From Chiloscyllium plagiosum (lineage: Eukaryota): a DNA stretch of 64,000 bases. A model generated the notes under the pieces. The model worked only from the letters and a program-made list of their open reading frames with translations. It was not told where the DNA came from and made no database searches. Below, in pieces: positions 12,031 to 24,834 of this stretch. The DNA lies in NCBI RefSeq assembly GCF_004010195.1, contig NC_057714.1, positions 76,835,456 through 76,899,455 on the forward strand. Reading direction: 5' to 3'. Both the position numbers and the translations under genes were made by a program. The stretch's first letter is position 1; each line of letters begins with the position of its first letter.

Positions 12031-12458
12031 TTTTGGATGTAGATTTGCTCACTGAGCTGAAAGATTCCTTTCCGGACATTACGTTACCTTACTAGGTAAC
12101 ATCTTCAGTGGACCTCATGTGAAGCAATGCTGAAAATTCCTGCTTTCTATTTAAATGTTTGGGTTTCTTTGGGTTGGTGATGTCATTTCCTGTGGTGATG
12201 TTATTTCCTGTGATGAAGTCACTTCCTGTTCCTTTTCTCAGGGGGTGATAAATGGGGTCTAACTCGATATGTTTGTTGATAGAGTTCTGGTTGGAATGCC
12301 ACGCTTCTAGGAATTCCTGTACGTGTCTTTGTTTGGCTTGTCCTAGGATGGATGTGCTGTCCCAGTTGAAGTGGTGTCCTTCCTCATCTATATGTGAGGA
12401 TTCTAGTGAGAGAGGGTCATGTCTTTTTGTGGCTAGTTGGTGTTCGTGTATCCTGGAC
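12031..12458 (-). mobile_element. Penelope/Poseidon-type element 3' fragment (family D), GIY-YIG C-terminus
   Basis: ORF 12092-12475 reads RIHEHQLATKRHDPLS..HHFNWD..ILG..EFLEAWHS..SIN; degenerate hammerhead CTGAAGA-t-GTTACC-tagtaa-GGTAAC at ~12074-12110. Confidence 0.8.
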
Positions 12459-12788
12459 ACCTGCTTTCTTTCCACAGATGCTGCCAGACCTGCTGAAGTT
12501 TTCCAAGTAACTTCAGATTTTGTTTCTGATTTCCAACATCCATGTTATCTGCATTTTTAATGCATCAAGACAGAGACCAGGTGTGGGATTCTGGTCCTTT
12601 TGGGTGGTGGGGTTCAAAGGTGCTTTTGAAGTTGACTGGCTCGGTTTGTTGCAGGGTATCTTATTGATGATACATGAGTGTCAGTGGCGGGGGACTGAAT
12701 GCTTCATGTCATGATGAAATGCCTAAATCCACTGATCTGAATTTTCCTTTGGATGGCAGCAAGGTTCTTGAATATTGCTGAAGCATTT

Positions 12789-12890
12789 GGTTCTGAAGAA
12801 GGTCACTGGACCTGAAATGTTAACTTTGCCTTCTCTCCATGGATGCTGCCAGACCTGCTGAGATTTTCCAGCAATTTCTGCTTTTGGATT
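12789..12890 (+). mobile_element. Penelope family B terminal fragment with hammerhead motif
   Basis: ggtt CTGAAGA aggtc-actg-gacct GAAAT GTT aact, followed by gatgctgccagacctgctgag. Confidence 0.7.
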
Positions 12891-12956
12891 TGAAGCTTCA
12901 CTCAATCTCGGATTCACCAATGTCACCCGTGTCTAGTAAACAAGCAAAAAGAAACA

Positions 12957-13087
12957 ATGATTTAGAGGTGCCGATGTTGGACTGGGGTGTACAAAGTTTA
13001 GAATCACACAACATCAAGTTATTGTTCAACAGGTTTATTTGGAAGCACTAGCTTTCGGAGCACTGCACCCTCATCAGGTGGTTGTGT
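12957..13087 (-). mobile_element. Penelope family C terminal fragment
   Basis: Homologous to 15755-15942; minus strand cac CTGATGA..gtgctcc GAAAG CTA gtg. Confidence 0.7.
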
Positions 13088-13739
13088 TTTAAAAAGAGTA
13101 ACAAGCTCTCTATCAGCTGCAATTTCAAGATTGCCAATTGACACTAAATAAGGAATAATCACTTTCTAGGAATGGATTCCATAACTTGACTCCCTACTAT
13201 AATCAGAACTCATCAGTCTGTAAAACCAAAAATGTTATTACATGTAACAAGAGATGCACTACAGGGTAATGTTATTGTTTTCTCATCGCAGTTTCTTGAG
13301 CTGTAAAATCGCATTTCATGACATACCTAAATTAGATTGAACAGTGAAACACGCTTTTTGCAGGTGTACCATGACAGTTCCAGAAGCATCTCAAATGTTT
13401 TAAGACAGCTTTACATGAACTGTCGTATCATATCACAGACATTTATTTCAGGTGTATAAAAGTGAATTGTATGGAGAAGTATTAAAGCTGATGCTAAAGT
13501 AGAATGATCCATCTACTTTGCAGTTCACATTTCCAGGCTGGAAGGGAGAATGCTAATATTGAGCAAAGTTATGTGCCACATAGAGCTCCTTGATCAAGGA
13601 GACCAATAGAGGACTTAACAGAAATGAAATTTCATTGCCATGCCGTCATGTATTCTGTCTGCAAGATTGTTATCTTTAGAATATTGTACTGAGTGCTTAA
13701 TGCAGTTCATTAGAGAAATGCACATTGAACACAGTTACT

Positions 13740-14050
13740 ATCCAAGTTTCATGAAGCGTTTGAAAAAAATGTCACTGTAAAATAATATTCACAGGGCACT
13801 TCAGAATCAATTACTTTGGAAAGTAATTGGCTCTGTTATATAATTAAATGCATTTTGCATACATGATCACAAACACCGGAGATGAACGAACCATCTGTGC
13901 ATTCTTATAGCTTGTTAGTGGAAAATGATTAGCCAAGACACCAGGAAGAGTTCTCTGCTTTTTTCTCAAATAACACGGTGGGTGTTTATTGCACGCCTGA
14001 ATAAGCATGCCTCATTTTAATGTTTCATTTGAAAAATTGCACCAAAGAAC
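13740..14050 (-). mobile_element. DeuSINE (SacSINE1-like) remnant
   Basis: gccaagacaccaggaagagttctctgctttt..cctcattttaatgtttcatttgaaaaattgcacc is the reverse complement of the Deu-domain region. Confidence 0.5.
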
Positions 14051-14131
14051 ACTAACTGGGAAACTGAAAAGTATAATTGTAAAATTTAGAAAGAATTGCA
14101 AAATTAGAAAAAGTGACCAGAAAATATAAAG

Positions 14132-14386
14132 TTGAATTGAATTAGCTTTATTGTCACATGTACTCAATTAATACAATGTAAAGTTTATAATTCACCACTT
14201 AGAGCACCATCTTGGGTCCAAAAATACCTAGGTACAGCTTCTTTACTACAAGGTCTTAGAAAATAGAGCAATAAAATGTCCAACATTGCAGAAATTAAAG
14301 TCCAGAACAGCGGTCTTCCAACCCGTGCCACGCTGGCACCTTGTGTCCAGTCTGCCCTGGCTTCAGACTGCGCTGGACTTCACCTA
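14132..14386 (-). mobile_element. 3' part of the Rex1-tailed non-autonomous element
   Basis: Its reverse complement aligns to 50603-50742 joined to 53369-53478. Confidence 0.65.
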
Positions 14387-15754
14387 TAAACCCCAAAACA
14401 AAGCTAAATTGATATTCCATTCCCAGGGTATACTGGGGACAAGCACCTTGCAAAGAAGTGAATTCTGTTTTTATAAAGAGTTTTTAAAATCAGGAATTGG
14501 ATTAAAGATTATTGTCATTTGGTCACAACAAAAACTTGTACAATTGTAGAAATATCCCCTTGTTCCTGTACTCAAATCCCATTGCAAGAAATGCCAATTT
14601 GCCATTTGCCTTCTGAATGGATTTCTGTACCTGCATTCTAACCAAATTCCACATCTTTTAAAAAATAGTCTGCTCTTACTCTTATAACCAAACTGAATAA
14701 TCTCATACACTTCATTACACTTCAACTGCTATCTTGTTGGCCACTTAGTCAACCTGTTCATATCACACTCAGATTCACAACTTCACAACTTATACATGCT
14801 ACTTTCATCTAAGTCAGTAATATAGGTTGTAAATAGCTGAGGCCTCTCTACCAATCCATACAGCACTTCCCTAGTCACAGGTTGCCATCCTGACAATGCC
14901 TCTTTTATACCTGCCTCTTGTTTCCTGCTAGTTGACCAATCGTTGATATGAGCTATTATCCATTTGCGTAGCACCTTATTGAATGTGTTTTTTGGAAATC
15001 CAAATACTCCTTCAACTGGTTCCCCTTTACTATCCTATGATTTAATTCTTCAAAAACCATGAAGACATTTATCCTAACAGGAGTTACCCTTTTGTAAAAC
15101 TGTGTTGACTTTACTTAGAGTGCTATAATTTTGTGAATGTGTTGTTAAGATTTCCTTAAAAATAAATTCCAGCACTTTCTTAACAACTGAAGTCAGGCCA
15201 ACTGGTCAATGCTTCACTTTTTTCTCTTCCTTTATTGAATAATCATATTTGCTAACTCCTAATCTCCTTGAACAATTCAAGAATCTGAGGATTTTTGGAA
15301 AATAATAGCCAACCCATCCAACAGTGAAGCTTTCTCTTTTAGAATCCTGGGATGTAGGCCATTAGGTTGGGATTACCAAATTTTAGTCCCTTAAATTTCC
15401 CTTGCACTTTTTCTTTGCTCATATTAATTTACACAACTTTGCCACTTTTTAAAAATCATTTGTCAGCCCTGTATTTCTGGTGTGAAACCTGGGTCTTTTG
15501 CTTTGAAGGTAATAATTGTTTGATGTCTGTACTATTTCCTCGTACCCCATAATATTTTTTCCTGTCTCTGCTTCTAAGGCACTAACATTTACTTGTGCTG
15601 CTATCCTCCTTTCTCATATATTTGTAAAACGTTTTACAATTTGTTTTTATATTTCAATCAACTTTGTGCCCAGTCAATTTTTTTCTCGTTTTATCAACTT
15701 TTTGTTGATTTTTTGCTAGTTTCTGAAATGCTTTCAATTCTCAGATTATTTCAT

Positions 15755-15942
15755 GATTTAGAGATGCTGGTGTTGGACTGGGGTGTACAAAGTTAAAAAT
15801 TCACACTATAAACTTTTGCTATAAATTCTGTGTCTTACAATTGTGTACTCCACTACCACCTGATGAAGGAGCAGCGCTCTGAAAGCTAGTGTGCTTCCAA
15901 TTAAACCTGTTGGACTATAACCTGGTATTGTGTGATTTTTAA
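15755..15942 (+). mobile_element. Penelope family C short insertion with inverted 5' piece
   Basis: 13-bp TSD cagattatttcat (15742-15754 / 15943-15955); inverted gttaaaaattcacac / gtgtgatttttaac. Confidence 0.8.
15857..15891 (+). ncRNA. Minimal hammerhead ribozyme motif (Penelope family C)
   Basis: cac CUGAUGA a GGAGC-agc-GCUCU GAAAG CUA gug: stem I cac/gug, stem II, palindromic AGCU at stem III, CUA triplet. Confidence 0.7.
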
Positions 15943-17061
15943 CAGATTATTTCATATTCTTTGAAACCTTTTGAAACCTCTCCTTTTGATCTGATATTAT
16001 CCTTAAGCTTCTGTATAAGTCATGGATAGATCTTTCTGGCCGAGGTTTTGTTTTCAAATGAATCTATTTATGTTGAATATTTTGAATTATTTTGTTAAAT
16101 CTTTTTCACTGTTTATACATGCCATGCTTTTTAGTTTATTTGCGCAATCACTTTTAACCAGCATTCCCCTACGTAATTGTCTTTGTTTAAGTTAAATCAT
16201 CACAGTATGTTGCTTTCAAATCAAATATAAACTTCAATTACATAAAACCATGAACTCCCAATGGATGTTTTACTGCGTCATTATTAATTAACACAGCCTC
16301 TTTGTGCAACGTTAAATCTAAAGTAGCTTTATCCATTGTTTTTCTACACTGAATTATTCCAGGAAGCTGTCACAAAACTTTCAAAAATTCATTTTCTAGC
16401 CCACCCTTGTCACTTTGATTTGTCCAGTCTATTTGAAAATTACACTCTCCCACAATTATGGTGCTGCCTTTGTTAAATGCTCCAATAATTTCTTGATTCA
16501 TATTTGTCCAACAGCTTAACAATCAGGATGTGTAGTAACTATTCTCACCAACATTTTCTGTTCTTGCTATTCCTAATCTCAAACCAAACCGAGTTTACTT
16601 CATAATCTTCAAAGAGAGTATATTTCCTCACAAATGTCCTTATGTCATCCTTTATTAACAGGGCTACCCTATGTCCGTTGCAATTCTGTCTGTCTGTTCA
16701 AAATATTTTACGCTATGGAATATTTAGATCCCAACTTTGCTGAGTTGGTAGCCATGCCAGTGTAGTTGTGATGAGATCAAAAACAATCACTTTTTATTTT
16801 CAATATTTTTGTACCATATTTTAATTTGCACTTAAAGTCTTCAAACATTCTCACCAAACAATGTTCCCTGTTGCACCTTGTTGGTTCCTTATCGAATCAC
16901 AACAACCGGATCCTCCCCCTCCCATTCCAGGATCACCCCAGGCATAAAGATATTTCTTTACTCCTGACCCTGGGCAGGCAGAGAAAATCTTTAGATCTCC
17001 TAGCCATGGCAACAGGAAACAGAATTCATCCCTGACTATCCTGTTGCCTGTCAGCATCATG

Positions 17062-17545
17062 AACCTGTGAACAAGGAACAAGAGTATGCCATTTGGACCT
17101 TCCAGCCTGCTCTGCCATTCAAATAAGCTCATGACTGCTGTGTTTTTAACTGTAGCTCTCCATTCTGGCATACCCGAGGGAAGCTTTTATCCTCTTAGTT
17201 ATCAAGAATCTATCTACCTTTGCCTTATAAATGTTTAACGATTCTGCCTTTTGGAGGAAGAGAATTATAAAGACACTTGACCCTCTGAAAGAAAAAAAAT
17301 CTGAACTTTATCTTATAGTGCGACACCCTGATCTTGAAACTATAACCCCTAATTCTAAATTCTTCGAAAAGATCAATCATCCTTTCCACATCAACCTGCC
17401 CAAGTCCCCTAGGATCTTACATCTTTCAATAATTCACTTTAAACTCTTGTAGGGGATATAGGACTATCCCTGTCTAACCTTTCCTCATAAGGTGATCCAG
17501 TTATTCCGGGTATTAGTCCAATAAACCTCCAAACTGCTACCAAAG
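17062..17545 (-). mobile_element. CR1-clade LINE 3' fragment
   Basis: Tail aggaacaagagtatgccatttggaccttccagcctgctctgccattcaa and decayed ORF2 C-terminus. Confidence 0.7.
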
Positions 17546-19297
17546 CATTAACATCCAAAGAAAATCTAGAAGTTGTGGTCTGAGTTATCCTATTGTTCCA
17601 CATGCTGCATCTGATCAGTGCCTTGCTGACGGATTAAACAATGGAATGGTGCTAATCCACTAACTCAGCAGAACACAGTGTGGTTGATGCATTCAGAACA
17701 TAAGTGAATTTGTAACAGTGCAGTAAATGATGATTACTCACGAGAAACCTCTCTGGCTCTGAAAACGTAATTTGACAAATATTTAGAAGGTAATGTTGGT
17801 AATTTAAAACATGGCTTTTTCTTTCACTTTTTTCTATATCTCTCTCTGTCTCTTTCTCTCTGTCTATTTCTGAGTTCTAATTTTCTTTTCCAATCTGTAT
17901 TTTATCTTCTATTCATAATTTACTGCTAGTAACATTCACCCCAGTACCATTTAAGTGTCAGGTCTTCAGCAGTTCTATCAAAATAACATTTAATCTAGTT
18001 TTAAATCCTGGTTATTACACCCTTGTTTGGCATCTGTATATCATGATAAGAATTCCTTCATCTAAAGAGCTTCCCTGTTACAGTAAACATTTTTATTAAC
18101 TGGCACCTGTGGGACGTCTGGTTGATCAAATATTCCGGTTGCTCATGAGGAGCACAAAATCAATATAAAAATGCACACTAAGTAATGGGAATGCAATGTG
18201 GGGGCATACTGAAATACTAACTCAAATAAAACTTCTTGGCAGAGAATGTTTTTGCTCGCACCCTTAACTGACGACTTGGATGTTATGGAGATTGCAATAA
18301 TACAGTAAACTTCCAGTATTTCAGGTAAATAATATTTGCCAGTTTATCGAGAGTGCCAATTCATAAGGTGCTAGTTAAAATAAAGTTTGACGTACTTGTC
18401 CTGATTGTGCACACATGCAGATACTGGACTTCAATTGGGGGTCCTCAATTTAAAGACCGAACTGAAACACGACACTTCCGACCTTGCAGCACCTGGTACT
18501 GCACAGGATTGCCAGCTTTCATGTTTAGTTATGCCACGTAGAATTGATGGCGTTTAGTATTTCACTGAACTGTGTGATCACTGGCAACACCATTTGGCTT
18601 CAAACAAGTACCAAAAAGAATGAATTACTTTGAAGCATATTGATTCCTGTTTTGTTGGCTAAGGCCTCAGTTTTATGTCACATGTAAAGATATTTTTCAC
18701 CATAAATAGGTTATTCCAGACCAGCTGTCCATGATGCCGATCTAACAATTTTTAAGTACAAATTTATCCACAGCGTTACTTGGCAACCAGCTCCAGTTTT
18801 CAAAGTTCCAATTCAGGTTGTAGAACAGTTATCAACTGAGTGATGCTGATACATGCATACTGACAGATGAGAGGAGCTACTTAAGGTCATAATCTAAACT
18901 GATCTCGATGAACATTCCTATTAACTGTATCTTCCTGTCTGTACTAAAATTTAGTAGCAGAATGGTTAGAAGTAAATAGTTATTTGATGATGGCGGAAAA
19001 CACTAATGGACTGGCATCTGGGTTTGTGCTGATCTGAAGATCCTGTTCCTCTAGAAATAGATTAGTGAACATTATTGAGAATTGATGATAATAGCAAATT
19101 TTCATTTGAAGTCAGCAACGAGGAATTGATGCAGCATTCAGCACCTTGGAAGTGAGTCATTTATTCCAGTCAGACTTTGCGTCAGTTAATCAAAGGAAGA
19201 TTTCAATGGATCATTAAACAGTGCAACACATCTAGAGAAGGTTTCTGCTTGACAGCATGGGTGTAGCAAGTATTACTGTGTAGACTACAGTAGAGCA

Positions 19298-19514
19298 CAG
19301 GTAGCTCTTCTATAATTTGATGGTTGCATTTTTGTGAAACCTGCATTACAGAAAAAATGCGCTTTAGAAACAGTGCTTAAAGTGTTGGCGATGTAAACAT
19401 GTTACAGCCGACACATTTTTAAAAGTTTGTGCTTTGAAAACAGTGTCCCTAATTCGTCAATTACATTACAGCCAATTCGCATTAATGGAACACGTGTTAT
19501 AACAGAACGACCCG
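19298..19514. mobile_element. Tc1/mariner (Tigger-like) MITE
   Basis: Imperfect TIRs caggtagctcttctataa / ttataacagaacgacccg; both flanks are the dinucleotide ca rather than the usual ta. Confidence 0.5.
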
Positions 19515-19524
19515 CAGTGGAAAG

Positions 19525-19925
19525 TTGGAAAGACAGCCTAAGAGTGCTGAAGGACTAAATGAACTTAGTATTCATATGAGGTATTGTCCAAAACTTGGCA
19601 GTACCTCAACAGAATATAGGGTACAGGAAGAAGCCACAAATGTCCAGAGAACAATGTGGAAGTGGGAATGTGTCCCAGGTAAGTTCAAAAATGGCATTAG
19701 ACTGACATGCAGAAGAGGTTACAATAGCTGGAAAATAATAATGGAAGGATTGACAGTGAACCTAAAGGAGCAAAAACAAAAATTCAAAAAACTCTGAGGG
19801 GACATGGACACAAAATATTGACTCTGTTTTCTCACTACAGATGCTGCCAGGTCTGCTGAGTTTCTCAAACAATTTCTGTTTTAGTTTCAGAGTTCCACCA
19901 TCCACAGATATCTTTGGTTTGTTAT
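19525..19925. mobile_element. Decayed Penelope remnant
   Basis: Degenerate terminal region ctctgagggacatggacacaaaatattgac..gatgctgccaggtctgctgag. Confidence 0.4.
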
Positions 19926-19975
19926 TTTATAATTAAATGGAGGTTGCCATATATATGATATTAAGTACTAACTAA

Positions 19976-20304
19976 GCGGCACGGTGGCTCAGTGGTTAGC
20001 ACTGTTGCCTCACAGCACCAGAGACCCGGGTTCAATTTCCGCCTCAGGCGACTGACTGTGTGGAATTTGCACATTCTCCCCATGTCTGCGTGGGTTTCCT
20101 CCGGGTGCTCCGGTTTCCTCCCACAGTCCAAAGATGTGCAGGTCAGGTGAATTGGCCATGCTAAATTGCCCGTAGTGTTAGGTGCAGGGGTAAATGTAGG
20201 GGAATGGGTCTGGGTGGGTTGCACTTCAGCGGGTCGGTGTGGACTTGTTGGGCCGAAGGGCCTGTTTCCACACTGTAAGTAATCTAATCTAATCTAATCT
20301 AATC
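19976..20304 (+). mobile_element. HE1 SINE, full length, young
   Basis: Intact A/B boxes and V-domain, retained CpGs, (aatct)n tail. Confidence 0.92.
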
Positions 20305-20701
20305 AAATAATTTACAAATGTCAGAACGCCATGATATTTTTAACCCTAACTGACCTAGTCCACTCAATTAAAACACAAAAAGAATTAATGATCTTGGTTT
20401 ACAACTGGCATGTCAGGATCACTGAAAAAAAAACAGAACAGATTATTGTTGTTCTTACATTATAACAGGCAAATCTTAAACAATGCCACACACATTCTGT
20501 CAGTCAATGTATTTCATATTCAAACAAGTTCTGTATTAAGAAGGGATTATCAACCAATTGGCCATGCAGAGATCCTTTCTCTCCCTAAGTAATTTGCTTT
20601 GACTTGACAGAAATGTGCACCCTCACTGACCTTTTGAATGTTTTTGTCTTTCTAATAGTGCTGGTTTCTTTCTCTGCCTCCCTGAGCCATAGGTTACCTC
20701 A

Positions 20702-21600
20702 TGTTATGACACAGTGTAAACCCTTCTGTTAATTTAAACCCAACACACAGAGAAGGTCACCTCACACTGTAATCTGTTAAACTTTGAGTGGCAAAGAACT
20801 ATTCTAGAGGTGACTACTTAAAGTAAAAATTGGCAATTTTATTCTTTAAGTCCAACAGAGAATATTAAAACCAACAACTACTTACAACTCCTTTCTCTTA
20901 AATCTATCTTTTACCTCCCAGTGCACAATACTGATCTAATAAATACCCCGATTAAGATTTCCAAAAAAAAATTCACATTTCAAAACCACTCAGCTTTGTC
21001 GCTTCTCCTTTGTAGATTTTCCTCTATAGATTTTTTTCCAGGTCGGCGTTGATGTTCTGCTGCACAAACGTCTTATGGACAGGTACCTTTCCGAGAACTC
21101 TTCAGCTAGCAGTCTATATATGGGAATCTCCTTGGTAGTTCTTCCCCTAACTATTCAAAATATCTGGCTTTATACCCCAAAACATCAGATCATTTCATTG
21201 GTTTGATGTCATCCCAAACAGTAAAATTCAAATTTGATTGGATTTTAGTATCTGGAGCATAATCTAAATTGATTGGTTGAATTTCAATTTGGTTTTGTAT
21301 CATGGCAACACATCTCCAACTATTTCTTTCATTCCCCTGTTAGATTTTAAAATCTTTCAGGACACTCTTTGCCAGCAGGAAATTTCAGCTCCCTTAAGGG
21401 TAGAGTACACATCTGCAACTTCATAGCACCTCGTTGTGAGGCTTTGTTCCCCTCTTCTATCCTTGTTGACCTAAAGCACTGAACCATTCCCCTCAGAGGC
21501 TTCTTGGAGGCCTCATTTAGTTGTATGTAAACACATTTCCAGATGCTGTGATGCCACCCACAGAATTCAAAAATGAAACAAGGTCCTTCTTTCATAATCC
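20702..21600 (-). mobile_element. Probable solo LTR
   Basis: Termini tgttatgac.. and ..ctttcataa (inverted tgttatg/cataa ends like the LTR at 40414); no ORF; TSD not clearly seen. Confidence 0.4.
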
Positions 21601-21799
21601 ACACAACAGAGAAGTAAAAATTGGAGCTATACCTGCTTCTATCCACTTTAGAACCCATGTTTTCAAATAGTGACAATAATATATCATAAACCTCATCACA
21701 GCAACTTGCTTCTCTGTTCTTGGAGGCAGATTTTAAAGTAAAGGATTCAGAGATTGTACACAATGTAGCTCGTTTAAACAAAACAGTATGTGATGTTTT

Positions 21800-22113
21800 G
21801 GGCGGCACGGTGGCACAGTGGTTAGCACTGCTGCCTCACAGCGCCAGAGACCCAGGTTCAATTCCCGCCTCAGGCGACTGACTGTGTGGAGTTTGCACGT
21901 TCTCCCCGTGTCTGCGTGGGTTTCCTCCGGGTGCTCCGGTTTCCTCCCACACTCCAAAAATGTGCAGGTTAGGTGAATTGGCCACACTAAATTGCTTGTA
22001 GTGTTAGGTGCAGGGGTAAATGTGGGGGTATGGGTGGGTTGCGCTTCGGCGGGTCGGTGTGGACTTGTTGGGCCGAAGGGCCTGTTTCCACACTGTAATG
22101 TAATCTAATCTAA
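21800..22113 (+). mobile_element. HE1 SINE, full length, young
   Basis: Near-identical to 19976-20304; possible TSD tgatgt. Confidence 0.92.
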
Positions 22114-24834
22114 TGATGTGAGGACTCAGTTTTGACAAGAATCAAAAGTTTGAAGCTGGTCACTTGCTTGCAGCTGATTCTGCTGAACTGGCAGAAAATC
22201 TCCACAAGCAGATGTATGCAGCCAGATCTCAGAAGCTAGCCTGGTTCACTGATATAATTATCTGGATCTGTCAAATTCTGAGGTAAGTAGCTAGTTGAAC
22301 CATAAGCAAGTCTGAAAGCTTCTATCTTTAGAGTGACCACGCGACATTCTGATGATCATGAAATAGCTTATCTTTGTGTTAATGAAAATGAAGAGGTATT
22401 GACCAGTTTCCTTAAATGACCAGATAGTTATAGTCGCCATATTTTTATCAGCACAGTCCTACTTAGGCCATGCCAGTGCTACTGTTTATTCCTGAATCAG
22501 TGTGTTGAAGTTGGACATCAGTGACGTTTGTAATACCGTGATACATTCTAATTGTACTCGATCAGACTGGTGGCAATCAGCTATGACAAAAATAGTTGAA
22601 TACCATAATAATTTCTATCAGTTCTTTCTGTTTGATGTTCCTTCGTTGTATTTTAGATCATAGGAATTATCCAATTTAACTATGCGTTCCATTAGTGAAA
22701 CATGGGGGTCTTAAACGGGAGAGGGTGATCAATATAATGGAGCAGGATGATTCAGGATAGGTAAATTGTTGCTTTTGCAACTATTTCCAATTAAGTAGGA
22801 AGAACTGATGACAACCTTCCTGCTGAGAAAACACACTGAGACCTGTAAGTGGCTATTTCATATATTTAATGAACGTTTTTCAACTTACTGGGCTTTATAT
22901 GGTTACTGCTGATATTCAATCAGCTTCAGGTGAGCTAGTTACCAGGTGAATGTAACAGGCGTGCCTCCAGCCTTGTGGGTGGAAGTTATCCACATTGCCT
23001 GGGTACCCTGTGCCCAAAGAAGAGACCCACCGGGGAATCCAGTGAAGATCCTCCTCCTGACGCCTGATGCTGTGCCTGCGCTGGCAATGCTGCTAAGGCT
23101 GGAGAGTATTGTATACTGCCAGAATCTGAATGGTCAGAGGCAGAGACTCTCCTTGCAAGACCCAGAAGGCCAGTTGCTGACTACCTGATTGGAACTTAAT
23201 ACCAACAGAGCTGCCAGCAATTGGCACTGTGGTTTTGCCACTGACTCAGGAGTGGGTGGAAAGCCCATTGTGGCGATCACTAAATTCTACTCATGGTTAT
23301 CTCACAGTGTGGTTGAAATAGGTATAATTCATTTTCACCTTTTGTCACTTCTTAACAGTGGATATTGTACTGTTTTATTAAGCATACAATTATTCCTGCA
23401 TTTTTTTCTATAATTAACTGTACAAGAATATCCACATCATTGAAAGTCAAACAGCATTTAAAACTTAGAATTCTTAGCTGCCTGATAACTGAACATTCTT
23501 ATTCTCAAATAAAAGCAACACAGAATAATGTGCACAGAGAGACATGATGCTGGTTTGTTTCCACGAACATTTATTTATTCTGAACACTGAAGGAAAGTTA
23601 TTGAAAGAGACTTTGGAGGGGGAAGGGTTTGAACTGGATAATCAATACTACAACTTGAAATGTGCAGGGAATGTTATTTGTGTCATTCGTTTCTTTTCTG
23701 GTGAATTTGACTTATTTGCATTGATCAGTTAGCTTTATTCTTCTTGTTAAACCACATGCTAATGTGTTCATAACTGCCATGGCACCCAAGCTTTATGTTC
23801 AGTTTTGCCTGTGACTAATGCACATTGTGTTCCACGATGCCACTATGGAAGTAAAGTTGGGAAAAAGTCAAAGCAGGTCATCTTACTAAAATAATCATCT
23901 CTTTGAGGAAGAAAAAACAATTTGTAAGACCCCCCAATAGACATAAGCTTTAGAAACAACTCAGAAGAACATGGCAACGACATGAGCTTGTGGAAGAAAC
24001 TGCAAGTTCTGCAAGTAACCCTGCAGAGCACTTTTAATCAGCAGGTCAGAACAACGTGACTCTCAGTGGAAACATTTCATGGTGTTTGTACTGTAATAAA
24101 AGAGGTCAAGGTGCAAGAACAGAAGTGCAGCAACAGTTGCGTTTGTAAAAAAAAAAGGTGAAGAGACATTTTATTCTGTTGTAAAGAAATATGACTTTAA
24201 ACATCTGATTTAAAAGAACAAATAACAATTCATCCATCATTAAATTTGCACTTGGTCTGCTGACAGTATTGAATTTTAAACTTTTCAGAGATCGATACAT
24301 TCCTGACCTGCTGGACTATCATAATAACTTAAACTGAACATTGCATAGTAGTGATGTTCTGAAATGTGTTATCTTATCTCAGACAGCAGGAAATTTGATT
24401 CTGAGATTTTTAACATTATCCAAGAGAGCCAATGCAGACCACAATTATTGCTGACAATCTCTAATTTCCTTAAAAAAACTGTTTTTTGATGAGACACTAG
24501 CCTTCAGAATTCTTTTGCAGCACTTTTAGTCCGGTTGATTGCATATTGATATCTGATGCAGCAGGTGGTATAATTTCCTGCATGTTTAATGAAAGTGTCT
24601 TGTGGAAATGATGAATGTGTAGAAACTGTCAGTGGAAATCTACATTGTCTGTATTTGTGAGAAGGGCAATGCCCTCTGGCAGCATCATTTCAGGAGGAGT
24701 AATGTATATTGGATCACATGGAACCTTGTATGATTTGTACCAAGTCACACCACCTCTCCTACTATTGACAGTCTTCAGTCATTGGATCGGCTTTATCATT
24801 ATTGTATCTATATTTAATATTACGTTTCTTGTTA

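Larger units (their letters stand above)
14540..16790 (-). mobile_element. Old, decayed CR1-clade LINE
   Basis: WIIAHINDWSTSRKQ..SGWQPVT..PQLFTTYITDLD (RT remnants, ORF 14783-14974); endonuclease-region remnants upstream. Confidence 0.7.

Noticed and set aside
17815-17890. CT-rich tract
   Set aside because: Short, imperfect simple repeat with no further structure.
22700-23290. GC-richer segments here and at about 33120-33830 ending in aattct(a/g)c-like termini, possibly Harbinger-type MITEs
   Set aside because: Matching TIR pairs and TSDs could not be established.
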